A stretch of 64,000 bases of DNA from contig DASZHO010000149.1 of assembly GCA_035937795.1 (NCBI GenBank), positions 5,185 through 69,184 of the forward strand, written 5' to 3'. Positions 46,821 through 54,618 of the stretch are shown here, piece by piece. Source of the stretch: Vicinamibacterales bacterium. GTDB lineage: Bacteria > Acidobacteriota > Vicinamibacteria > Vicinamibacterales > JAMQPK01. The position numbers and the translations under genes were made by a program. Position 1 is the stretch's first letter, and every line of letters starts with the position of its first letter. The notes under the pieces were generated by a model. It was not told the DNA's origin. It saw only the letters and a program-made list of their open reading frames with translations, and ran no database searches.

Positions 46821-47507
46821 GTGCTCGGTGGATCCATGCTCGCCCTCGGTTTCGTTCACGGACTCGGCGCAGATCATCTGATGGCGATCGCGGCGCTCTC
46901 CCTGGCCACTCCGCTCGGTCCGGCCCGATATGGCCGCGCGTTCTGGCTGGCGCTGCGGTTTGCCGTCGGCCACGCGCTTCTGCTGTCGATAGGCGCGGCG
47001 GCGGTGCTGTTTTTCGGCTGGCAAATCCCGGTGCGGTTCGAGCACGCGGGAGAGATGGCCGGCGGGTTCCTGCTGATCGTGCTGGGCCTCGTCGGCGGGT
47101 GGCTGGCGCTGACCGGCAGGTTCTACGTTCATGCCCACGCCCACGAACACGCGCATCACGGGCTGCACAGCCACTGGCACCTTCATGTCGGCCGTCAACA
47201 TTCACATCGCCCCGCCGTTCACACGGCACTGCCAGGCGTGATGGGGGCCGTGTTCGCCGTCAGCGGCCTCCGCGCGCTGATTCTGTCGTTGCCCCTCTGG
47301 AGCACGCCGGGCGCGCCGCATGCGTTCGGGACGCTGTTCTTTCTGGTGACGCTGTTCGCGCTGGGTATTCTGACGTCGATGTCGCTGTTCGGCATTGCCC
47401 TGGCACACACGCTGAACGCGAAGCGCATGACCGGCCACGTGGCGCGTTTCGCCGCCGCGGCCACCGCCCTCGGATCGCTGGTGCTGGGCCTGTACTGGAT
47501 TCGCTGA
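46821..47507 (+). CDS. NiCoT/NicO-like nickel/cobalt transporter with His-rich loop
   Basis: HX4DH signature in the first helix (VHGLGADH), a central HAHAHEHAHHGLHSHWHLHVGRQHSH loop and six hydrophobic helices. Confidence 0.65.
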   Translation: MLGGSMLALGFVHGLGADHLMAIAALSLATPLGPARYGRAFWLALRFAVGHALLLSIGAAAVLFFGWQIPVRFEHAGEMAGGFLLIVLGLVGGWLALTGRFYVHAHAHEHAHHGLHSHWHLHVGRQHSHRPAVHTALPGVMGAVFAVSGLRALILSLPLWSTPGAPHAFGTLFFLVTLFALGILTSMSLFGIALAHTLNAKRMTGHVARFAAAATALGSLVLGLYWIR

Positions 47508-47537
47508 AAACGAGAAAACGAGCAAACGAGAAAACCA
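47506..47537. repeat. Octanucleotide tandem array (GAAAACGA-like x4) between convergent genes
   Basis: gaaaacga gaaaacga gcaaacga gaaaacca, starting inside the TGA of the NiCoT-like gene. Confidence 0.85.
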
Positions 47538-47548
47538 GAGGAAGTCGT

Positions 47549-48841
47549 TTAGAGCGCCCTGATTTCTTTGCTCTTCAGCAGGAAGTAAATACTCACAATC
47601 ATCATCATGACGCCGTTCACGGTGAACACCGTGGAGGCGGAGGTGCGGCTGGCGAAAAACCCGCTGACCAGGCTGCCAAGCGGCATGCCGCCCCGGAACG
47701 CCACGAGGTAGATGCTCATGACGCGCCCGCGCATGTCGTTCGGCGCAGTCAGCTGCACGAGCGACATGATGGTCGACACGGCAATCATCAAGGCCACGCC
47801 GGTGATGAAGAGCAGCAGATACGTCGCATGCAGCGATCGCGTGACCGCCACCGCCGTGAGCAGCAGGCCAAGTCCCGCCTCCACCAGCAGCGTCGTCAAA
47901 CCCATGCGCGGGAATTGTCCCAGCCACGCCACCACCATCGAGCCGACGACGGCGCCGGCGCCCGAAAACGCGAGCAGCTTGCTGTAGCCTTCGACGTCGG
48001 AGCCGAAGACTTCTTTGGCGAAGACCGGTAGCAACGTCATCATCGGAATCGCAAAAAACGTCGTGGCGGCGCCCAGTACCATCAGCGCCCTGATGCTGGG
48101 CTGTTTCCGCACGTACGACAGCCCGTGCCGCATCTCCTGCATCATGTTCTCCGTGTGCGTCGCGGGCAGATGTTTGATGTGGAGCGACATCAGCGCCACG
48201 ATCACCACCAGAAACGAGAGCGCATTGAGGCTGAAGCATGCGGAAAACGCCGTCATGTCGGGGACGCCCCAGTGCTTGAACGCCGCCAGGGTGGCGCCCG
48301 CCAGCAGCGGACCGATCATGCGCGCCACGTTGAATTGAATCGAGTTCAGCGCAATGGCATTGGTCAGATCCTTTTTACCCACAAGCGAAGGAATCAACGA
48401 TTGATAGGCCGGGCCGCCGAAGGCCTGCGCGCATCCAGTCAGAAACGAGAGCGCCAGGATGTGCCAGATATGGACGACGCCGGAATACACCAGCAACGCC
48501 AGCGTTGCGGCCGAAGCCAGCTGAACCCACTGCGAGGCCATCAAGGTTTGCCGCCGATCGTGGCGATCGGCGATCACCCCGCCAATCAGCGTGAACAGCA
48601 TGATCGGCAGTTGCTGAAGGAAGGCGTCGAGGCCGAGGTAGAACGCCGACGCCGTCAGTGAGAGCACCAGCCAGTTTTCGGCCAGGCTCTGCATCCAGGT
48701 GCCGATGCTCGAGGTGCACGCGCCGAACCAGAGCACCCGGAAATCACGGTGCTGTAGCGCCGCGGCGATGCGGCGGATGGCCCTGCCTGGGAGCGTACCG
48801 GCGAGGTCAGCGGTTTGGGTGCTGGGATGCGACTCGGCCAA
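47549..48841 (-). CDS. MFS transporter (EntS/MFS_3-like)
   Basis: ORF 47549..49102. There is no ATG between 49102 and the first TM helix. A TTG at 48841 gives LAESHPS...ALQHRDFRVLWFGACTSSIGTWMQ, a typical N-terminus for this family. The start is uncertain. Confidence 0.8.
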   Translation of the reverse strand: MAESHPSTQTADLAGTLPGRAIRRIAAALQHRDFRVLWFGACTSSIGTWMQSLAENWLVLSLTASAFYLGLDAFLQQLPIMLFTLIGGVIADRHDRRQTLMASQWVQLASAATLALLVYSGVVHIWHILALSFLTGCAQAFGGPAYQSLIPSLVGKKDLTNAIALNSIQFNVARMIGPLLAGATLAAFKHWGVPDMTAFSACFSLNALSFLVVIVALMSLHIKHLPATHTENMMQEMRHGLSYVRKQPSIRALMVLGAATTFFAIPMMTLLPVFAKEVFGSDVEGYSKLLAFSGAGAVVGSMVVAWLGQFPRMGLTTLLVEAGLGLLLTAVAVTRSLHATYLLLFITGVALMIAVSTIMSLVQLTAPNDMRGRVMSIYLVAFRGGMPLGSLVSGFFASRTSASTVFTVNGVMMMIVSIYFLLKSKEIRAL

Positions 48842-48931
48842 CGAAATGTCCGGAGGTCGTATCGTAGCGCGAATCCTCCACTTGCATTGTGCGATGGTTC
48901 GATCTAGGATGGCGAAAGAAAGGCGAAACTT

Positions 48932-49645
48932 ATGTCTGTTGCCGCCCGCGCGGACCTTGAATCGCTGCTCCGGCTGAAAAAACTCGATCACACCCTTATC
49001 AGCACGCAGCCTCCGGCTGATGCGGCCGATGCACGGTGGGTCGTGCCCACCGGCGTTGCCGAGCTGGATGCGCGCCTCCAGGGCGGCATCCCGCGCGGCC
49101 ATCTGTCGGAATTGGTGGGCCGTCGCTCGTCGGGCCGGCTGGCCGTGGCGCTGTCGGCACTGGCGGGGGCGACCTCACGCGGTGAAGCGGTGGCGCTGGT
49201 CGACCCCCTCGACACGTTTGATCCGGTATCGGCCGAGGCCAGCGGCATCGATTTCACCCGGATGTTGTGGATTCGCGGCCAGGCGTCGAGCTCCGCGCGC
49301 GTAAGCCTGTTCTCCGAATTCGGGACCTTGCAGAGAAGCCTCGATTCGGCGGTGAAGGCGCTGAATCTGGTGCTGCAAGCCGGCGGCTTCGGGTTGGTCG
49401 CACTCGATCTGGCGGAAGTCGCTCCTCAAGTGTTGCGCCGGCTTCCATTCACGACATGGCTTCGGTTGCATCGTGTGATTGAAGGGAGTGAGACCGCGTG
49501 CGTGTTGATTGGATCGGAGCCGCTGGCCCGCAGCGCCGGTGGCGTCACCGTGCAATTGGAGTCGGGCAAAGCACGTGTGATTGGCTCGCGCGCCTTGGAG
49601 ATTGAAAAAGATGTTTGCGTGTCTCTATCTGCCGCCGTCTGCTAG
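48932..49645 (+). CDS. imuA: ImuA, RecA/SulA-fold component of the imuA-imuB-dnaE2 mutagenesis cassette
   Basis: 237 aa. TGVAELDARLQGGIPRGHLSELVG is RecA-like. Position directly upstream of imuB and dnaE2. Confidence 0.8.
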   Translation: MSVAARADLESLLRLKKLDHTLISTQPPADAADARWVVPTGVAELDARLQGGIPRGHLSELVGRRSSGRLAVALSALAGATSRGEAVALVDPLDTFDPVSAEASGIDFTRMLWIRGQASSSARVSLFSEFGTLQRSLDSAVKALNLVLQAGGFGLVALDLAEVAPQVLRRLPFTTWLRLHRVIEGSETACVLIGSEPLARSAGGVTVQLESGKARVIGSRALEIEKDVCVSLSAAVC

Positions 49646-51221
49646 GCCAGAACCACGAACGGGTCAGGGCTCAGAGGGCTCAGGGCTCAACGCTCAGGAG
49701 CGCCGGCGGCCGGGGCGAGACGCCGGAACCGAAAGCGAACGGAGGCGGGGCCCCGCAAGCACGGGACCTGCAAGCAAGGGACCTGCAAGCACTGGAATTG
49801 TCCAGCTGGCGCGCGATTTTTCGCCGCGCGTCGAGAGGCACGACGATCGCACGGTCACGCTCGATATCAGCGGACTCGGCAGTCTGCTCGGCGAGGCGCG
49901 GGTCATTGGCGAAGAGTTGCGCCGTACGGCCGCCGACCGCGCGCTGCGCGTGCATGTTGCGCTCGCCTCTACAGCCACAGCCGCCATCCTGCTTGCGCAG
50001 TCGCGTGCGGGGTTGGTCGTCATTCCCCCCGGCGGAGAGGCGGCAGCCCTGGCGCCGCTGCCGCTGTCGGCGCTCGAGGCGCTGATTGCGATGCGGGAAA
50101 CGGCCGTTGATTTCGACAAAGGCTTGCGCCGATGGGGGCTTCGGACGCTGGGCGATCTGGCCGCTATTGGGTCTGCCGATCTTTCCGAGCGGCTCGGGCA
50201 GGCCGGCCCGTTATGGCAGCGCTGGGCGCGCGGTGAAGATGCGCGCCCGCTCGTGCCTGCGGGTGTGGAAGAGCAATTCGAAGAATCGCTCGACCTGGAG
50301 TGGCCCATCGACGATCTGGAGCCGTTGTCGTTTGTGTTGGCGCGGCTGTGCGAGCCACTGTGCGAGCGGCTCGAGCGCCGCGATCGCGGCGCCGTGGCGC
50401 TGCACGTGAAGCTGGCGCTGGTGAACAAAACGGTGCACGAGCGATCGCTGCAATTGCCCGCGCCGATGCGCGACGCGCGCGTGCTGCGCACGCTCGTGTT
50501 GCTCGATCTGGAATCGCATCCGCCGCCCGCGGCCATCGATCGCGTCACGATTGGCGTGGAGGTCACCGAAGGGCGCGTGCTGCAGTTCGGGCTATTGGCC
50601 CGCGCGCTGCCAACCGAGCGCCTGACCACGCTGCTGGCGCGTCTCGGAGCGCTGATGGGCAGCAATCGCGTGGGCGCTCCGGCGCTGGTGGATTCCTACC
50701 GCCCCGGCGCCTTTGCGATGGCGAAGTTCGAGCCGTCGGCAGAAACGAAGGGCGGATCCGGCCCATCCGGCCGCGGGAGTCTCGGCTCGAGCGGCCGGCT
50801 GAATAACGTCATCCGGCGCTTTCGTTCGCCGATTCCGGCGCGCGTCACGCTCGACCGAAGACGCCCCGTGCGCGTGGTCACCGACCGCCGAGGCGTCAGC
50901 GGCGGAAAAGTGGAGCGCTGCGACGGTCCGTGGCGTTCCTCCGGTGAATGGTGGGCCCCCTTTGCAGAATGTCCGGCTGCACATGGGACCCACTGGTGGA
51001 AGCCGCATGCACCCTGGAACTGCGACGAGTGGGACGTGATGCTGAGCGATGGCGCGTGGTATCGAATCTCTCGCTGCATCGCCGAGCGCCCGGGGCCCCC
51101 AACGCGGGCCCCATGCGCGGCAGACGCGCATGGGACCCGAACGCGGCAGCCGCGTGGGGGTGGAAGCGAGCCGGCAGACGAGGATCGTGGTCAATGGTTT
51201 GTGGATGGCATGCTCGATTGA
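49611..51221 (+). CDS. imuB: ImuB, Y-family polymerase-like protein of the mutagenesis cassette
   Basis: ORF 49581..51221; ATG at 49611 (MFACLYLPP). ARDFSPRVE and downstream Y-family-like blocks. Contains low-complexity insertions near both termini. Confidence 0.8.
   Translation: MFACLYLPPSARPEPRTGQGSEGSGLNAQERRRPGRDAGTESERRRGPASTGPASKGPASTGIVQLARDFSPRVERHDDRTVTLDISGLGSLLGEARVIGEELRRTAADRALRVHVALASTATAAILLAQSRAGLVVIPPGGEAAALAPLPLSALEALIAMRETAVDFDKGLRRWGLRTLGDLAAIGSADLSERLGQAGPLWQRWARGEDARPLVPAGVEEQFEESLDLEWPIDDLEPLSFVLARLCEPLCERLERRDRGAVALHVKLALVNKTVHERSLQLPAPMRDARVLRTLVLLDLESHPPPAAIDRVTIGVEVTEGRVLQFGLLARALPTERLTTLLARLGALMGSNRVGAPALVDSYRPGAFAMAKFEPSAETKGGSGPSGRGSLGSSGRLNNVIRRFRSPIPARVTLDRRRPVRVVTDRRGVSGGKVERCDGPWRSSGEWWAPFAECPAAHGTHWWKPHAPWNCDEWDVMLSDGAWYRISRCIAERPGPPTRAPCAADAHGTRTRQPRGGGSEPADEDRGQWFVDGMLD
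49661..49698. repeat. Heptamer-type repeats (GGGCTCA, complement of TGAGCCC) inside the imuB 5' region
   Basis: gggtca gggctca gagggctca gggctca acgctca gg, encoding GQGSEGSGLNAQ. Confidence 0.75.
49755..49799. repeat. 15-bp x3 in-frame tandem repeat inside imuB
   Basis: gcaagcacgggacct gcaagcaagggacct gcaagcactggaatt, encoding ASTGP ASKGP ASTGI. Confidence 0.9.
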
Positions 51222-51257
51222 CGGTCAATCGTTTCATCGTCAATCGCCTGATCTCCA

Positions 51258-54200
51258 ATGTACGTCGAGCTTCACACCTCCTCTGCCTTCAGCTTCCTTG
51301 AAGCGGCCTCCCTGCCCGAAGCGCTCGTCGATCGAGCGGCCCACTACGGCTACCGGGCGCTGGCGCTCGTCGATCGCGACGGCGTGTACGGCGCGCCTCG
51401 GTTTCATCGCGCCGCGCTGGCGGCCGGCATTCGCCCCATTATCGGGAGCGAGCTGACGTTTTCACCATCGCTCCGGATCCCTGTTCTCGTCGAATCGCAA
51501 GAGGGATACCAGAACCTGTGCCGGCTGGTCACGCGCATGAAGATGCGCGCGCCGAAAGGCGAGGGCGCGCTCGGGCTCGACGATCTCGAGGGGCACACCG
51601 GCGGCCTGGTGGCGCTGGCCGGCCGCGAGCTGCTTTCGGCGGCGCGCTACGGCGTCGGCGGCCTGATCGATCCGCTCATCGGGCTGTTCGGGCGATCGAA
51701 TGTGTACATCGAGCTGCAGCGGCATCTGCTGCGCGATGAAGAGGTCGATAATCGCACGCTGGCCGACCTGGCCGCGGCGTTTCATGTGCCGATCGTGGCG
51801 ACCAACGGTGTGCGCTTCGCCGGCCCGGCCGAGCGGCCGCTGTTCGACGTGCTGACGTGCATCCGCCACAAAACCGATCTGGCGCGCGCCGGCAGGATGC
51901 TGGCGCGCAATGCCGAGCGCTATTTGAAGCCGCCGCAGGACATGGCGCAGCTGTTTCACGATCTGCCTGGCGCGCTGGCGGCCACCGAGGCGCTTGCCGA
52001 GCGGCTGCAGTACACCATGGCCGACCTCGGCTATCGCTTTCCGGAATATCCGGTCCCTCCGGGTGAAACAGCCATTTCATTTCTGCGCCAGCTCGCCGGC
52101 CTGGGGGCGCGCGATCGCTACCGGCCGTATCACGAACGCGCGCAGGCGCAAGTGGAACGCGAGCTGGATCTCATCGAGCGGCTCAACCTCGCCGGCTACT
52201 TCCTCATCGTCTGGGACATCGTGAATTTCTGCCGCCAGCACGACATTCTCGTCCAGGGGCGCGGGTCGGCGGCCAACAGCGCCGTGTGCTACAGCCTCGG
52301 CATCACGGCGGTCGATCCGGTGGGGATGGATTTGCTGTTCGAGCGGTTTCTTTCAGAGGAACGCGGCGAGTGGCCCGATATCGATCTGGATTTGCCGAGC
52401 GGCGATCGGCGCGAGCAGGTCATTCAGCACGTCTACGAAAAGTATGGTCAGCTCGGCGCGGCCATGACGGCAAATGTGATCACCTATCGCGGCCGCAGCG
52501 CCGCGCGCGAGGTGGGCAAAACGCTCGGCATCGATCCGGACCAGGTGGATCGGCTGGCGAAGGTGATGAACCAGTTCGAGTTCGTCGATCCGGCCGACAC
52601 CCTCGGCCGCCGCATGGCGGATGCCGGGTGCGATCTGGCCCATCCCACGTTTCGATTGTTTGCCGATTTGTGGCAGCGCATCCAGGATTTGCCGCGGCAT
52701 CTCGGGCAGCATTCCGGCGGCATGGTGATCTGCCAGGGGCGTCTCGACAGCGTTGTCCCGCTCGAAAACGCAAGCATGCCCAATCGTGTCGTCATTCAGT
52801 GGGACAAAGACGACTGCGCCGACATGGGCATCGTGAAAGTGGATCTGCTCGGCCTAGGCATGATGGCGGTCCTGCAGGATGCGATGGAGCTCGTGAACGG
52901 ATCGGGGCAGATTCTCGATCTCGCGCACCTGCCGCCGGACGATCCGGACGTCTATCGCCTGATGCAGGACGCCGACACCATCGGCGTGTTTCAGGTGGAG
53001 TCGCGCGCCCAGATGGCGACGTTGCCGCGGCTGCATCCCGAACGTTTTTACGATCTCGTCGTCGAGGTCGCCATCATCCGTCCCGGGCCGATTGTGGGCC
53101 AGATGGTGCATCCATTTTTAAACCGCCGCGCGGGGAGAGAGCCGGTGACGTACTCGCACCCGCTGCTCGAGCCGATTCTCGCGCGCACGCTCGGCGTGCC
53201 GCTGTTTCAGGAGCAGCTGCTGCGCATGGCAATGGTCACCGCCGGCTTCAGCGGCGGCCAGGCGGAAGAATTGCGCCGGGCGTTTGGCTTCAAGCGCTCG
53301 GAGCGGCGGATGAAACAGGTGGAAGTGCAGCTGCGCGAGGGAATGGCAAAGCAGGGCATCGCAGGCGAAGCGGCCGAGCAGATTATCTCGTCCATCACGG
53401 CGTTTGCGCTGTACGGATTTCCCGAATCGCATGCGGCCAGCTTCGCGCTGCTCGCGTATGCCAGCGCGTATTTGAAGGTGCATTTCCCGTCGGCGTTTTA
53501 CACGGCCATGCTCAACAACCAGCCGATGGGGTTTTATGCGCCGGCGACGCTCGTCAAAGACGCGCAGCGCCGCGGCGTGCGTTTCACCGGCATCGACGTC
53601 CAGCATTCCGGCTGGCTGTGCAAAGTAGAACCCGACGGCGCCATCCGGCTCGGGCTGCGGTACGTCAGCGGGCTGCGCGAAGAAGCCGGAAAGGCGATTG
53701 AAAGATCGGGATCCGGGATTCGGCTCCCGCGCGCGGCTGCCGCGCGCGAGGCCCCGGCGATCTGTCCGAAGTGCGGATGCGACGATCGCACGATGCTCGA
53801 GGTGGTTCGGCCTGGCGCATTTTTCTGTAACACCTGTGCTCACGACTGGACGTGCCCGTCGCACTCCCGGCCCGACTCGCATCGATTCAGTTCCGTTGAC
53901 GATCTCGTGAACCGCACCGGCCTTCGCCGCGAAGAGCTGCAGACCCTGGCCGATATCGGGGCCTTTGCCTCGTTCGGCTTTGAGCGCCGCGAAGCGTTAT
54001 GGCAGGTGGAAAAGGCCGTTCGGCCTGCCGGGGAACTGTTCGGGCCTGCGGTCGAGAGCCCAGAGTCTGCGGTCGAGAGCCCGGATCCCGGAGCCCAAAG
54101 CCCAGAGCGGGAAGTCTGTCCTCTGCCGGCAATGTCGGTCGAAGAGAGGCTCGTGGCTGATTATGCAGGAATGCATTTGACGATTGGCCCGCATCCCATG

Positions 54201-54548
54201 GCCATGCGCCGGACGGAGCTGGCGATGCGCGGCGTGCTGCGCGCCTCCGACCTCCCGCGCGCGCCGAACGGCCGCCGCATTCGCGTGGCCGGCACCGTGA
54301 TTACGCGGCAGCGGCCGGGCACGGCGAAAGGCTTTGTGTTTCTCACGCTCGAAGATGAAACCGGCATAGCCAACATCATCATCCGTCCAGATTTGTTTGC
54401 GCGCGAGCGGTTCAAGATTCTCGAAGAACCGATGCTGCTCATCGACGGCGTGCTGCAGAACCAGGATGGCGTTACGTCGGTGAAGGCCGAACGTTTACAC
54501 GGCCTCGGCGGGGCAGCCATCGAGGTCGACTCGCACGATTTTCATTAG
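51258..54548 (+). CDS. dnaE2: Error-prone DNA polymerase III alpha-like subunit DnaE2
   Basis: 1096 aa. PHP domain start MYVELHTSSAFSFLEAAS, with polymerase core and OB-fold colinear with DnaE2. Cassette position after imuA-imuB. Confidence 0.9.
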   Translation: MYVELHTSSAFSFLEAASLPEALVDRAAHYGYRALALVDRDGVYGAPRFHRAALAAGIRPIIGSELTFSPSLRIPVLVESQEGYQNLCRLVTRMKMRAPKGEGALGLDDLEGHTGGLVALAGRELLSAARYGVGGLIDPLIGLFGRSNVYIELQRHLLRDEEVDNRTLADLAAAFHVPIVATNGVRFAGPAERPLFDVLTCIRHKTDLARAGRMLARNAERYLKPPQDMAQLFHDLPGALAATEALAERLQYTMADLGYRFPEYPVPPGETAISFLRQLAGLGARDRYRPYHERAQAQVERELDLIERLNLAGYFLIVWDIVNFCRQHDILVQGRGSAANSAVCYSLGITAVDPVGMDLLFERFLSEERGEWPDIDLDLPSGDRREQVIQHVYEKYGQLGAAMTANVITYRGRSAAREVGKTLGIDPDQVDRLAKVMNQFEFVDPADTLGRRMADAGCDLAHPTFRLFADLWQRIQDLPRHLGQHSGGMVICQGRLDSVVPLENASMPNRVVIQWDKDDCADMGIVKVDLLGLGMMAVLQDAMELVNGSGQILDLAHLPPDDPDVYRLMQDADTIGVFQVESRAQMATLPRLHPERFYDLVVEVAIIRPGPIVGQMVHPFLNRRAGREPVTYSHPLLEPILARTLGVPLFQEQLLRMAMVTAGFSGGQAEELRRAFGFKRSERRMKQVEVQLREGMAKQGIAGEAAEQIISSITAFALYGFPESHAASFALLAYASAYLKVHFPSAFYTAMLNNQPMGFYAPATLVKDAQRRGVRFTGIDVQHSGWLCKVEPDGAIRLGLRYVSGLREEAGKAIERSGSGIRLPRAAAAREAPAICPKCGCDDRTMLEVVRPGAFFCNTCAHDWTCPSHSRPDSHRFSSVDDLVNRTGLRREELQTLADIGAFASFGFERREALWQVEKAVRPAGELFGPAVESPESAVESPDPGAQSPEREVCPLPAMSVEERLVADYAGMHLTIGPHPMAMRRTELAMRGVLRASDLPRAPNGRRIRVAGTVITRQRPGTAKGFVFLTLEDETGIANIIIRPDLFARERFKILEEPMLLIDGVLQNQDGVTSVKAERLHGLGGAAIEVDSHDFH
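54046..54110. repeat. 21-bp x2 repeat followed by AGCCCAR heptamers, in frame inside dnaE2
   Basis: ctgcggtcgagagcccagagt ctgcggtcgagagcccggatc ccggagcccaaagcccagagcgg, encoding AVESPES AVESPDP GAQSPER. Confidence 0.85.
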
Positions 54549-54618
54549 GGCTGTGCTAATCTAGCCTCGTTTCACACGTCATTTTTTCCTTCAGCCACTG
54601 CGTTCCGGGAGCTTGTGT

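Noticed and set aside
48842-48931. LexA/SOS box upstream of imuA.
   Set aside because: No palindrome matching the LexA motifs I know. Partial matches (CGAATCC...GGTTCG, TCGTATCGTAGCGCGA) are imperfect and unconvincing. The genome's own LexA motif is needed.
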